A DNA stretch of 64,000 nt from assembly GCF_000143415.4 (NCBI RefSeq), contig NW_003314262.1, forward strand, positions 2,239,046 to 2,303,045, read 5' to 3'. The translations under genes and the position numbers were made by a program. Source of the stretch: Selaginella moellendorffii. Its lineage: Eukaryota > Plantae > Lycopodiophyta. Under the pieces are notes generated by a model. The model saw only the letters and a list, made by a program, of their open reading frames with translations. It was not told the DNA's origin and made no database searches. Positions 1 to 13,869 of this stretch are shown here, piece after piece (within the stretch, counting starts at the first letter, position 1; each line of letters begins with the position of its first letter).

Positions 1-1226
1 TCTTTGAGGTAGTTTTAGGATCCAGAAAGCTTCGGACAGTATTCCACAGCAATCTAAACCCAGATCCGGCGTTCACGATATACATTCTGTGTAGAGTCTG
101 TGTGCAGAAATTGTACAAGATTGAGAAAAAATCAGAAATCGTTTAAGATTCACCTCAGGATAATTGTCGCCGTCAATTTTTTGCATCCTGATTATCAGCT
201 CTCGTGCAGTCTTATTGAAGTTTTTGAGACCCTGCAAAAGAACATGAGCATTATGTCGTAATTATAAGTGATGTAATCTCTTACCACACCAGCCACATCC
301 AGAATCGTAGTGGTAGAATCTATGTGCCGTTTTGCCGCAATCGAACAAGCAGGGAACTTCTTGTTGATGGTCCTCTCGAACTCACATATATGGTACTTCA
401 AATATCTATCGATGGTTGTGACGTTCATGAGCTTATTCGGTTCCACCTTGCCAAGACGCTCGATGTAAACAGGCCTTCCTTCTTTGTCCACGCCGTGATT
501 ACCATGGGGGTAATACTTCTTCACCTCTTCTAGTTCCTCGAATGCAAAAGACTGCAAAAAAGGACCTACATTTTACGGAACGAGGGACAAAACTTCAGCA
601 TACCTCTTCAATAGTGTCTACGTCGTTGTCTTTCCTCCATTGCAGCATCTCGATCCACATGTTCTTGGCCTTGTCATGATCAAACTTCCGAGCCTTCAAA
701 AATCTAGAGCCAGCAAGAGCGACTGTATGGATAACAGGGAGAGAGAAAAAAAGAAACGAGTATAGCACATACCTCAGCAGCGTATGGTAATCGTCATGCC
801 TGTCTGGAAGGAGATTCTCAGCTAGCAAAACCTGTCTAAAAGCATCCACGGCCTTTTGCTCCTCGGCGTCCCACACGTCCTCGATCAGCGATCTCTTTCT
901 CCGTCTCTTCCTCCGGAACGATGACCTCAGCTTCTTGGACGCAATGATAGCCTTGAAAGACGCGATCTTGTTCTTCCCCTTTCGATCTTCCTCCGAGTCC
1001 TTCTCAAAATCGTCTTGATTCGCCGCGTTGGACGAGAGGCAGTCTAGCAATCAACCGCATTTACCCGTGAGATCCACAGCAAGGGATGAACCAAATGATT
1101 ACCTATATGCACTAGGCTCGATAGCGCTCGGTCGGCTCTCCAAGATCCTCGCTCTGTCTTCCATGCCGATTCTCGCGCCTTGGACGATGATCTAGGAAGC
1201 GCCGAGGTGCTCACAGCCGTCTCCAT
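1..1226 (-). CDS. SEC14-like phosphatidylinositol/phosphatidylcholine transfer protein (SFH family), 5' part; multi-exon, continues beyond window start
   Basis: Exon translations include [43 protein letters not shown] and [25 protein letters not shown], typical of plant CRAL-TRIO/SEC14 proteins. An ATG at 1226 splices in frame to the exon starting near 1046; the true start is uncertain. Confidence 0.9.
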
Positions 1227-2455
1227 TCCCCCTAGGGTTTTGCGACAGCTCAGATCTACTACTTAGAATGCAAATCCAGCTCCCGCTGCAAGAATCTAAG
1301 CTCCCGACACGAGATTTCCATAGATTGCTGCCAGAGCCCCCTAGAATCACCTGACTAGCGCCAAGCCGCTGGCTTATTCGTCTGCTAACAGGAGAGATTT
1401 AGGGTTCTTGCCTCCCGCCGCTAAAGGGATTCGAACCTCCGCATTGGCCAGCTAAAATTCGCTGTGAAAGAGCACAAAGCGACGTGACACCATGATTGGA
1501 GGATAATTGGAAAGAAAAGTAAAAAACAAGCCTTTACCGCGTGGACGGCTGCTGTAAAGTTCCTCCCATGAAGAGCGTTGTCTCGAGATTCATACCATAG
1601 TTTTGTTCTTTTGATAACATAGAAAATCCTTTAAATCATTCACGTGGAAGCCCACCAAAGTTCCAGTTTTTTCTATCACACAGTACGAGATTAACAGTGA
1701 GCAAGTTGACTCCCACTTCCGTGTTCTTGGGGATCCCGCTCATCCATTTCGCGAGATTATTTTCTCTTCTTCGTCCATCACTTTCTTCTTCTTCCCGTGG
1801 ATCGATCGATCCTCTCCGCGCGTAGAAAATTCCAAGAGTGGCCAACAGCAAGCTCCAGCAAAGTTCCAACAATCACGATTATATCGTCAAGCTTCCACAG
1901 GGCTAACGTAGACCCTGTCCCCCAAACACACAGCACGGAACTCCCACTCTTTGTAGGCTAGCTAGAAGTAGAAGACTTAAAACACTAGACAAACAATCCA
2001 AGCTCTCTCTACTCATGCGTGATCTCTCACTTGGTCTCTAATCATCACGAAGAAACTTTTAGAGAGTACTTTGATGCTTCTCTTCGATCCGGAGAGCAAA
2101 GTCGCGTACTCTCTTTTTTTTTTCTTGGTTTGATCACTCGCTGGCTATGATTTGAAAGAACTATATAGTACATGCTTTGTGTTTGCTTTGCTATAGAGCT
2201 TACAAGAGCATCAAACTCGGCTCGTTTTGCCTCGTATCTTTCTCTTCTTCTTCTTCTTCCTTGTATTGTGTGTGTGTGTGGTTTTTTTTCCTCTTTTTGT
2301 TTGCTTCGATTCTTCGAAAGTGAAAGAAAAGAGAGGAGGATTTCCACTCCTTTGAGCAGAGACCCTGCTTTCGCGCTTTCGTTTGTATCGAGATGTTGCT
2401 GGGAAAAATGGTGTGCTCGGTTTTGGTGTCCATCGATATCCCATCTTGGAAAGTG

Positions 2456-4962
2456 TTAGCTGTTCTTGGGAAGCGTCTGGCCGGAGAGAAAAGTTTGGAA
2501 GAGTAGCAACGCTCGCGCGGGTTGAGCGTAAGGAACCATATGCGCTGCTCCTCGTATCGTCGCGTACGTGAGATTTCCATAAACTTGCGTCCATCCGGCA
2601 ACCTGGATTTGAAGAGGTTTTAGCCAATGATTTTGTCTAAACTATCTACATAGCCAGTGAACTTTTCACATCTTGAGCTCGTACTAAGCCTAGAGCTAAG
2701 ATAAAAAAGAGAAACAAAGTACCTGGCCTCCCAAGTACCAGGCAGTGTATGGGACTGTAGCTGGAAGATTGAGACTTTTGCCAAGCCCATTGATTATTGT
2801 CCGGGTTCCAGTCAATGGCACGACAGAGTCCTGATCGCCACTGCAAGAATCGCAAGCGAGTGACTGAGCAGCTGAGAAAGGAAATAAAAAAAAAGTAGAA
2901 AACATGGTGGACTTTCACGAGATGAAACGAAGAACACGAAGAACACACGCGAACGAAGAAAGAAGTTCAAGAAAAATGGAAAGAAAGCTTTCTTACCTGA
3001 AAACCCAGACACGAAGGCCGGTTTTGACGATGCTTTGGAGCAAGGGAACAATGTCGATGCTACCATCCTGGAGATAGTATTGGACGGGCCTGAAAGGTTT
3101 CGAGAAAAGTTTTGATAAGTTAGTGATCGAGCAAGAGAACTTTCGAGAGAAAACTCGAGAGAACTTAAGGAACAGCGTAGTTACCCGTCACACATTGTCC
3201 ATTTGTAGTTGAGTCCTGTAACGTTGGCATGAAGAGCTTGCTGTACTCTGTAGTCATTGAGATAGAGGTCTCTTTCGTCATCAATGCAAACATCAACTCC
3301 ATAGCTCTTCTGAGTGATCTGCTTGGCAGAACAAAAAATAAAACAACAAAAAACACGGCGAGCAATTAAATGAGTAAGATCACAGATGCCAGAGATGCGG
3401 ATCACCGGGAGATCACGGCAAGCGAGCAATCAATCAAACGCGCAAAGAAGAAAAAAAAGAAAAACACGAAAAAGAACAGCATCAAGCTCCAGGAATTCTC
3501 TAGCTTACTACTCACGTGTTGCTTCAGCCTGAGCTCCTGGAGGAACAGCGACGGCAGGCACACGTCGAGGATCACGTCGTAGTTATTGATGAAATCGCCC
3601 ACCTCGTCGTCGGACTTGCCCATGATCACGTCGCACTGGTTGGAAACGTTGTGCTGCTTCTCGGCCCCGAGCTCGTAGTCCTCGAAGTTGCAAGCTCCCT
3701 TGACGGCGGCGAAAGTATCATCGGAGATCAACCCGTGCGACCAAAAGTACTCGTACATGGCAGCGGTGTCTATCCCGAGATTGAGCAAGGGATTTCCGAT
3801 CTACACCACCACAAAGTTTGCAAAGAAGATCCATCAAGAAAAGTGGAAACCAAGAACACCACTTACTGCAATGCCTTTCAACCGGAGTTCTTCCTGGCGA
3901 TTGCGCTCATTGTGTCCAAGAATGACGGAAGCCAATTGTGGGACATAGTGTCCTGGACGAGGAGAAAAACCAAAAAAAAAAAAAACACGAAGGAGATGGT
4001 TAATACGGAATTTGGAGCCAAATACGAAAAAAGTATGATCAGACCTGCGTAGCTCTCGCCAGTGATGTAGAGGTCGGAACTTCTAAACTCTGGAAACTTT
4101 CTGAACCATCCCAGCAAGAACAGGAGCGTATCTTGAGCTGTAAAGCCACGCATTCCCAGAAAGCAAAGCTCAGTGACACTGGAAACGATGAAAAACCACT
4201 GCACGCTCTCGTCGTTCCGACCAAAACAAGCCAAGGAAAAAGAAAAGAGACCAAGAACAGGAGATAAAGAGGAAGAAAACAAAGATGGAGAAGGAGGCCA
4301 GAGACGAAAAGCATTTGTCCGGAGAAGAGAGGAAGGAAAAGATCATTGAATCATACCAGTTTTCTCATCGGTAACGTTGTCATAGTCGGAGCTGGTGTTG
4401 GAATACGACCATCCAACTCCAGCGGGCGAATCCAAGAACAAGAGATTGGAAACTAGAAAAGGAAGAAACCCACGTTTTAGAGATCTTCTCGATCGGGGAG
4501 AAAGCAAAAGCGAGATCATGGAAGAATTTAATCGGACCTTTGTTCCATGACTGTGGATTTCTCAGCAGTCCAGTGCCGGAAGCATTTGGATAGAATGGTC
4601 CCAGCTCCGTAAACGCACCGCATCCAATCGACGAGCATCCGGGACCTTTTTTTTTTGGTGCCAGACAAGAACTCTGTGTGAGTGACACTACTGGAAAAAA
4701 GCACGCACTAGGAGATCACAGTACCTCCATTGAGCCAAAGCGTGAGAGGCTTGGACTGTGGAGCACCGCCTTCCACCTCCACGAAATAGTAGAACAATGC
4801 TCGCCCCGCGGATGGATCCACCGTCACGTAGCCCGCGTACTGCCGGAATCGGACGCGCGGCTGGCCGGGGAGATTCGTGACGAGATCGCTGAGCGGGGCA
4901 GCCGCGGCAATGCAGCAGTGGAAGAGGAGAATGGCGAGAATCGCAGGTAGCGAGCAGCCCAT
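2456..4962 (-). CDS. Serine carboxypeptidase-like protein (S10, clade II), secreted, multi-exon
   Basis: Signal peptide, then [30 protein letters not shown], the catalytic Ser motif [18 protein letters not shown] (Asp) and [17 protein letters not shown] (His). Stop TAA at 2456-2458. Confidence 0.95.
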
Positions 4963-6899
4963 GGCCAAGGATTAGACGCGGAAACACTGGAGGATCGAGG
5001 TGGGACGAAGCCGTGAGTCTGGATTGGAATGGTGGGTCAATTCTCTCGAATCTGGGCGATGGCGAGAGGAGCGCGCGGGGAGAGAGCGGCGAAGAGGGTG
5101 CCCGGAACGCGCGCGCGATCTCGCAATTGGCGAGCGGTTCGCGAGCAATTTGTGTCGGAAGCTAGAAATGGGGCTTTGGCGCTTTCAAGGGATCCAAGAC
5201 CAAAACGACAATGAGGAAGAACAAGCGTGGGCGAGAGAAGGCGATAAGAAGAATCGAAGAAGACGAAGATAGTCAAAATCGCGGAGAAGAGAAGAAGATC
5301 AAGCAAGAGAATGAGAATTTCTTTGTCAAAGTGGAATGGAAGACCAAATGATTCGTCCCATGTCTAGAAATACCAGCAGCGTAGCGCAAGAGAGAGGGAA
5401 AGAATTCAACTCAAGGTTAAAAAAAAATGCTTGGAATATCAATCGAACGCTTCCAAGCAATCCCACGATTCACGGAGTGGGATCGAAAACTACCTTTCCA
5501 GTTTACTATACTATCAGCGCTGCGAGAGAGAGAGGGAGGGGTAAAAAGAAGATTGTTGTGGGGCGTTCAAGGATTGACTTGCTCTGTTTTATTGGACCTG
5601 GGCCGAGTAAATACGCTTGTTTTCTCTTACCCCGCTCTGTTTTTACGTGCTCGGCTGACCATGGCGGTGTCAACAGATAGAATGGTGACCTGGTGCGGTA
5701 AAAAATTAAATAAAAATTCGCCAACCAAGGACATTAAATGCAATGCGCAGTTGGCCGATTATCGCGCTAATCAGGTGGTCACACCTAATCACCTTTAACC
5801 AGCGCTTTACCCTAATATCATAAAGCCCTAGATAAAAGTCCGTCCAATTGGGAAGTAGATATCGATGATGAGACATATCATGTGGAGGTACTCTTTGCTC
5901 CTGAGAGAGTGCGCCAAATAAAAACCTTGGAGCTCGAAAAAAGAGAGCGAATTAATGCTTAAAAAACAAGAACAAACAAATCAAAAGAGAGTTCTAGTCT
6001 ATGTAGACGACGAACGAATGGAACCCTATACCTTACCTCCTCCTGCATGGGCGTTGTGGCCTAGATTACGTGCAGCGCATTGCCTGCCACCCTCTGGAAC
6101 CCTATTTTGTTTTTCTTAAATATCAGAACGCTGCAAAACCTACTGGTTGATTCTGGGACAACGACCACCCTCTCAAATTCAAACAAAAAGACCCAAACGT
6201 TGTTGCGTTGCTACTTAAATCTCCGCACAAATCAATCCCAATCGCCATCTCTCTGATCGCTCCCCACTGTCTCTCCCTGCTCGCTGGAAATCACTGCGCA
6301 CAAGCAAACAAAAGACACCCAGCCAGGAAAAATGCTAGGGTTCCAGCCCGGTCAAACCGAACGTTGAAGGGATTGACTTGACCGTCAAAGTGCATGCATT
6401 CGTCCTTGCTACTTGTTACCTGGAGCATTGAATTGGACGAAAAGAAATCGATCGTCGATTGGATTTGGATTCACAGCTCCAGTCAAGAATCGATCAGTTA
6501 GAGCGAATATCTCGCGTCGCGTTTGTTTGTTGTCAGTGGGGCCATCCAAGCCAAGATCATGGCATATTCTCCAGAAGTTTAGATTATTCTCCCTGGGCTG
6601 GGCAGAGACACGTAAGCTTCTGACACGCGAGGGTAAAGTAAAGGCGATAATACTGGTGTAGGTAAGTTGTGTGTGAATGAAATTAACCTGGAGTGCATTT
6701 AAAATGGGTGGCCATGCGAGTCTGTGACAGTGGTGTAAAGAAAAAAATGAAAAGATGGACGGACGCGGATTAATACCGCTGTCCCTGGGATTTGGAATCG
6801 ACGGCTCGTATTGAATTTGGCCACTAGCGGGCATTGAATTCAACTGGAAGAACTTTTTTGACCGGAGAAAAAGCTCGCTCGCATCGAAAAGACAAAGAG

Positions 6900-7704
6900 T
6901 AAGATCAAAATTCCTGTGGAAAGGAAGAGAATTCCAGATTTCTTCTCGAGATGCTGGAGCTAGAGCCTGACGATGGTGGCTCAATGGTGGCACTGCCCGT
7001 GAAAGATGCATTTTGGGCATTGTTATGTTACAGGTTACATTGATGGAGCGATTGTGATTTGGAAAGCCGCAAAGGAATGATCCGGGCCTGGTCATTGCGA
7101 TCAAAGTTTAGTGAGAGACTAGATCGGGCATCCGTTCGTAATTCCTCCTCGGAAACTTCCAAAACGACGTGCTGTTGGCTGTTGTACTTAAAACTCTGCA
7201 TGGATAGAAGATGCTCTCGCTAGAAAAATCTCGACCTTGGACCAACCAGAAAAGGAGAAAAAGTAGAGAAGACTCGCAGAGGGACAGAAGAAAAGAAACC
7301 AACAAAGGAAAAGATTTGAAGGGATGGAAAAGCTGCGTGAAAACAGTCAAAAGCAATCGGCTTTGTATCAACCTGGAAACTAGACAATGGAAACGAGACA
7401 AGGAAAAGAGAGAATCTCTTTCTCTAGAAGGAAGGTCATGGAAGTCCAAACTTGGACTAAATCCTGAGTACAAACTCAGTTGCTTGACAGCTCCCAAAGT
7501 GCGACGAACGNNNNNNNNNNNNNNNNNNNNNNNNNNNNNNNNNNNNNNNNNNNNNNNNNNNNNNNNNNNNNNNNNNNNNNNNNNNNNNNNNNNNNNNNNN
7601 NNNNNNNNNNCCACCACCATCAATTCCCACAGTGGTGAATTGATGGTGGGATTCTCGTTCGTCACGGTGGCGGTTACTGTCAAGTGTGACTGCTGCTTCT
7701 TCAT
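6900..7704 (-). pseudogene. Degraded phytocyanin paralogue, interrupted by an assembly gap
   Basis: Remnants MKKQQ, TLGAV, FKYNSQQHVVLEVSEE and IAMTRPGSFLCGFPNH are homologous to the intact gene at 31377-32027. It has frameshifts and has lost the HC..GQK ligand region. Confidence 0.7.
7511..7610. other. Assembly gap (100 N)
   Basis: Run of n characters; the true length is unknown. Confidence 1.
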
Positions 7705-7869
7705 GGTTGATGATCATCTTCAGCCTCACACACCAAGAAGTTCCAAAGTTCTGACGCGAATTCATGGTTCAGCTGGCCCCAGAAAACAGGAAAACTTGCA
7801 ACTCACCATGTGGAGGAAAGTTTTTAAAGAAAAATATAGTTTGCTGCATTTACATCAGATTTTGAAGTT

Positions 7870-10800
7870 CTAGTTAAAATGCTAAACATTTTAGTGTCTT
7901 TTCTCTGATGAAACAATTTGGAAAGCAAAATAAAGCTTTTGTTTTGATTTGCATCAAAAAAAATATTTTAATTCAAAAAAAAAGTTAAATAAAAGTTCTT
8001 AATATAAAAATAAAAAAATTTAATCACAAATTCTAATAATTCACAACTCAAAAATAGATAATATATCACTATATATATATATATATATAAATATATTCTC
8101 ACATTTATGATCCTAATTATCTGTCTCAATAATTTTTATTCAAATAATGTTTACCAATTGAGTGAAGTATATAAATTTTGAATGAAAAAAGAGTTTATTA
8201 TACATATGAAGTATATATATTGTTATTTTATTTTATCAATTACATTATCAAAAACTCTTTGAGATAAAATTATATTAATATATATTTTCTAATTTATAGT
8301 ACTATATCAGTTAAATTGTTAAACATAACTACAAAGAAAACAAATTTAAGTTATAATATATGATTTTTTAATATGTTTTTCATTACTATTTTATGTCATA
8401 AATATTTTTTATAATCCATTTTTCAGATACACTATATTAAATATATAATCTTAAATATAATAATTTTATTATTTTATATAAACCATATAAACCTACAAAT
8501 GATGAAACTAGTTGTGCTACTTGCTGAGATTACAATAGGAACATTTTTGGTTCTTTGGTAGAATAAATATAAATTATAAAGTAATGTATTATTATAATTA
8601 ATTAATTGTCATATTTGCTATAATAAAAAATTTGAAGTACTAATTAAAAATTTTATTTTCTTAAAAAATTATATATGTAAAGTCTATATATACATATATG
8701 TATAGACTGTATTTGTATCAATAGTCATGGAGGAAGACTAGTTTAGAAAATTTAAGGATCAACACAATTATTTTGTTAAAGGTGGCAACATGTGATAAAA
8801 ATTTGATATGCTGATTGATATTCTTGACAATGATTATGAAATTACTCTTTCTCAGGCTTTTTAATATTTTTATATCCCCACATAAGTGGAAGTGAGGGAT
8901 AAAACTTTTTGACAAGATCCTTGGCTGTATTCAAGATTTTTCTACTTAATTTATTCTCCCGTTCTTTCCATGAAATTTAGCTTTTCCATATTGTCTAGAT
9001 AATTGATATTATAGAGCTAATGCACTAATAATACTCTAATTCTTAGAATCTCAAATGGAGTGAGACCACCAGTCATTTACAACTTCTCTATTTTTGTCTT
9101 CTTTTCAAGCTTTCATTACATTTGCTTTTTTTATCATGCCACCTTATACTAGATTGAACAGTGTATTATTGAAGGTTATTGATGATGTGTTAATGTTTTG
9201 ATCCAACAACATTATTCCTCCTACTTTGTTTTCTCCAGATTGAGCTTTATTGCTATTGGGCTTGATTTTGTTGGTGTTACACCCTTTGATGTGTTGTTCT
9301 TGATTTTTTATGGCATTTAAATTATAGAGTTTTGATATTCTTGGTGTGTTGCTATCTTTATTGTTATAGAGCATAATTTCAATTAAAGAGTTATGGATTA
9401 TATAATTTGGTTCTTGGAGGATGATTAAGTATTGAGTCAGGATGATGTTTAGAAGTTTAAGTGGATTTCTAATGATGAGGAATTTCATTATTTCAAGAAT
9501 AACTTTACAGATAACTTGAAAATGAGTTGGAGATTTCATAAGATAGGTAATCTTTAAAATTTGAAATATAACCATTTCTCTTAGTCTTCTGCTCTTTTTT
9601 TACCCTTTTTTACATCATAACATTTTTGCTTTATTTCCCCTCTCATCTATAGTATTTTCTTCTTTTGACATGTTAATTACTTCTGACTCTTATAAGTTTT
9701 ATTCTTAATTCAGTTCAGTGTTTATTATACTCTTCAAATTGATTTGAATTTTAAAATTGTATGTCTCACTGAGATTTTGCATTATATCTTATGCAGAATT
9801 ATTGATTGTTCATTTGGAGTTTAGTTTTAAGTATTCTTATGTTTCCTAAGGTTAAGTTACTTTGTGGTTTGTGATGGTAGTCAATAAACCTAGAATATGC
9901 TAGAATATTCTACCATTTAACGGTTATTATTCATTTAGATTAATCTTGTATTTATAATTTATAAATATATTTATAATTTATAAACATGTTTATAATTTAT
10001 AAACTTGGTTAAACACTTTCTAGTATATTCTTTTTCATTCTACCATCTAATGGTTGATATGCAATAAGATTAATCTTGTTTTTGTATATTATAAACTTTT
10101 ATTTGATCAATTAGATTCATAAATAAAAATAATACTACTATTAAACAAACCAAGCATTACTACATGCAACACATGGCAAATTTTTCTAATATTTTGAATT
10201 GAATGAATTTTCGATGATTCCTTTGTTTGTGAGTGCTATTGAAAGTTTTTATTTCATTGTTATTGTTAAAGAGTTTTCTTATTCTCAAAGTTTTTTTTCC
10301 TTTGTGGAGAGGATATGATGAATCTGACCTCTAATGTGCCTAAACGAAGTCAAAAACCAAACCTTTTATATTTTATTATTAGTTATAAGTCTGAGTTAAT
10401 ATTGATCTTGGAAGTTAAACAGAGGGAAGACGCAGAAATAAGTTTATCATTTGCTATATAGTGTTTTATGGAGTACAGTGGCCCTAATGTCTTAGCTTTA
10501 GTTCCATATTATAGATTTAGGTTTTTATTATAGTTGTCAACTATTATATCAATGGTTTTATAGGACCTTCAAGTTCTTATAGCTGTCTACACCCAAGAAA
10601 ATCATCAGATATTTCATTTGACTTAGTTTCATCCTCTAAGGTTATATATATATCAAAGCATTATATAAAGATTAATTAAAATTGAATTTGGTCATTCTAT
10701 TTTTTGTATGAAAATAATAATAATTAAGAATATGTATATGAACAATGTAACGAAAGAATTACATTTAAGCATTATAGATATTTTAATAAATAAAATAATG

Positions 10801-11100
10801 AAACATAAAAAATATATTGTAGCATTTTGTTTTTTCAAAAACTGTAAAGAGATTTTTAACCTTTGAACTAAACATATAGATTTTTGAAAATCAAAGAATG
10901 TAAGAAAATCAATTGCCACCATATAATTGAGGTGACACGTCTTGTCTTTTCAAAACATGCATGGGATACTATAAATTTTGATAGTCGAAAAAAAAAAACA
11001 AATTACTCGAAAGAATTTCACCCATTAATGAGAAATGTTTTTGAGAATTCTTACTTGCAGTTGCCATGAGAAGTAAGTTCCAATGCATCATTTTTCGATA
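7870..11100. repeat. Very AT-rich tract, probably decayed transposon or dispersed-repeat DNA
   Basis: No credible ORF. A ~120-bp segment at about 9890-10040 recurs in reverse complement at about 12887-13000. Confidence 0.45.
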
Positions 11101-11539
11101 GCACATAATTGACAATGTGAGGAGATACTTTCTGTTCAAAACGAATCTCCAAAATCTTGCAAGACTTCACCACAACAAAAAAGAATCAAACCAAAGTTGT
11201 GATCATCAACCTGACAGATACAGCAAACAAATAATTAACACGTGCTTATTGTTCTATGTAATAGAAATTTTTAGTGGTGGCTCCAAGGTGAATAACATGA
11301 ACCAAAATTCCAGTACTATTTGTGGAATATCAGCCCTGAGCCACTTGTTAAAATTTGAGTGTACCACCCAATGGGGAAGAAGCATCCAAGTTCAGATTGA
11401 AGTCGAGAGCTGGCAGGAAACCAGAGATGCCAGGGAACTGAAGGCTATGCTTACTTTGCAAGCCACATTTTGTGACAAGCAACTTGACTTTACAATTAAC
11501 TCCTGAGCATATTAAAACCACTCCTCCAAGTTTTTTGAA

Positions 11540-12393
11540 ATGTCAAGTCGGACGTCTTGCGTGGGCCCTGATGACCTCAAACCACTTCCGAAACTGGATG
11601 AAGTTCAAAGGGCTGACTGTCGACTCCGAATTGATCGTGGCCTGGAGAAGGCGGCGAGTTCGTATAAAGAGTGCTCAGGCACAGGGAAGGGCCCTTTTCT
11701 AGTGGCAGACGATGTATTCTACTTTAGCTTTGAGAAATGGAGTTCCAACTTTGAAGACTGCTGGAGGCCGGCCTTCCTCGAGGGAGAAGAGGGCTCAGTG
11801 TCTACATATTTGACGATCCCAGTAACGTCCACGACGAGACGAAACAGTGGTTCTTCCACAAGTTATGGACAGCAAGTGGAGAGGCACTTGATGCTCACGA
11901 GCCCCGAGCTGGACATCCGCTCCTTCGTCCGGGTCCTGAGATCATCTAGGTTTGCGCTTGTTAACGGGAGAAAGGAGCCAGACGCCTCTTTCTCCACGGC
12001 CTCGCCGAAGCATCCATTCCCTTGAGTAGTCCTTGAAGTGGCCTACAAGAACGAGGCTTTTGAGGTATTCGTCAGGGAACTTAAACACTGGGTTCGCTCG
12101 GGCTGTCAGCTCGCAATCGGGATACAAATCTCGTATGCCACCCTCTGCAACTGTTGTGGGTGCAGGAGGAAGCTACACAGATTATAGATTTTAGTCCTAG
12201 CGTTTGCACTTTGGAAACAAAGGAGGATTTCTTGGTGCGGTTCCTGTTCAGTATGCTTTCCAGCGATGTTCCAGACTGTCATGACATCCTACTCACGTTT
12301 GACCTGTATCAGCTCCAGTCGACGATCAAGGAGCTGGTGCAGGAAGAGTTTGATCTGTATCAGCTACAGTCGACGATCAAGGAGATGGTATAG
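11540..12393 (+). pseudogene. PD-(D/E)XK nuclease-like gene, copy 1 (disrupted)
   Basis: Colinear with 22026-22841 and 30381-31181 from about 11633. It has frameshifting deletions and an in-frame TGA at 12023-12025 where the other copies have CGA. Confidence 0.85.
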
Positions 12394-12520
12394 GAAGAGT
12401 TGGAGCAACCTTGTGAAGAATATGTCTCGCTCCTTAAATGAGGAACATCTTCAGTGGTTCTTGCTCCCAACTTAATCTTCAAGATGATTGAAGATTAGAA
12501 TTAGTAAAATCTTTAGAAGC

Positions 12521-12830
12521 TTAGATCATTGAAACGATAAAGAGCAAGGTCGAAATTCCTGCTATTGCTGCTGCTGCCGTGAAAGTTTCCAAATCTTTTC
12601 TCGAGATGCTACTGCCGGCGGCGCTGCTGGAGCTGGAGCTTGACGATGGCGGAGTGGTGCCGCTGCCTGTGAGCGATGCATTTTGGGGCAGTGATTTGGA
12701 AAGCCGCGGAAGAAGTACCATGATCCGGGCCTGGTCATTGCGATCGAAGTGTCACCGTTGTTGAAAGATTGGATCGGTGAGGCGCTGGAGCATCGGTCGT
12801 AGTCATCCTCGGACACTTCCAAAACGTCGT
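12521..12830 (-). pseudogene. Phytocyanin exon-2 remnant (exon 1 absent, internal deletions)
   Basis: EVSEDDYDRCSSASPIQSFNNGDTSIAMTRPGSWYFFRGFPNHC: the Cu-ligand Cys is changed to Arg, GQKLSIDV is deleted and there is a frameshift. Confidence 0.85.
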
Positions 12831-13869
12831 GGCATATAGAAGATGCTCCCGTTAGAAAACTATCGAGCAGGACAGGAAGAAATCAATGTAAAAAAGAATA
12901 TACTAGAAAGCGTTTAGGAAAGTGTATAAATTATAAATTATACATTAATATAAATGATTAACAACCATTAGATAGTAGAATATTCAAGCATTTTCTAGAA
13001 CTACCAGAAAAAAGAAAAGAAAAGAGAATTGTAATTTTGCTTTAACAAGCAGCAGATAGTTTTTGGAATTTAAAAAATCAGGCCTTTAACTAGTTTGTAA
13101 TCAAATTTAATATTAATAATTAAATATTTAGAACTGGCTAATGAGATAGTCTATGTTACCGAAATTGCCTTGAAAATCTCTATTTTCAAGCTACCTTTAT
13201 TGGTCACAAATAGATTAGACATATTAAACTACAGAACTCCATTGACTAAATTAGAGCTCCTTGAGCTCTTCCGAGAATTTCCAAACTGTGCGCACCAATT
13301 CGAGACAATCATTCCACAGAATTACGTCTTCACAGACACACAGTCAAAAGGGTCCTTTAGATGTCGTCTTGAGCAATAGATCATCAATAACTTTGCTCTT
13401 CTTTTTTATTTGGATGCTTAGCTAGGGTACCATGTAACTGTATTGTTTTCAAATATATAAGTCTCAATCCTGTATGTGCCAGGGGTGGAGGCAAATTAAA
13501 ACATGCATTTTAAACCTAATAGATACCATTGGTGGCAATAGCTTCAAGTGGCAAGGAACATAATTTAGATACGGGAGGAATTTCGGGAGCTGGAAGTCAA
13601 GAGAAGACTGAGTGGGTGGGTCTCATGCCTCCATTGTAATTTATAATAATTTCCTTAATCATTAAAATTATTCTAAATTGGCCAATGTGATACACCGGGC
13701 ATTTCCATAAAATGCCAGCTTTAGTGTTTTAGCAAAACAAAACAAATGTGTGTAGTGGGCATTTGGTCTACTGGTACGATTCTTGCTTCAGGTGTGAGAG
13801 GTACCTAATAATTGTCTGTGCACTAGACGTTTGTATGTAATATCCAAATTTTATTCTTGCCAAAATTGT

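Noticed and set aside
6409-7104. 231-aa ORF as a real gene
   Set aside because: It starts in frameshifted phytocyanin remnant and runs into unrecognisable sequence.
11428-11450. miR408-like target site near the phytocyanins
   Set aside because: Only about 9 nt (GCCAGGGAA) match, and the site is not in a phytocyanin transcript.
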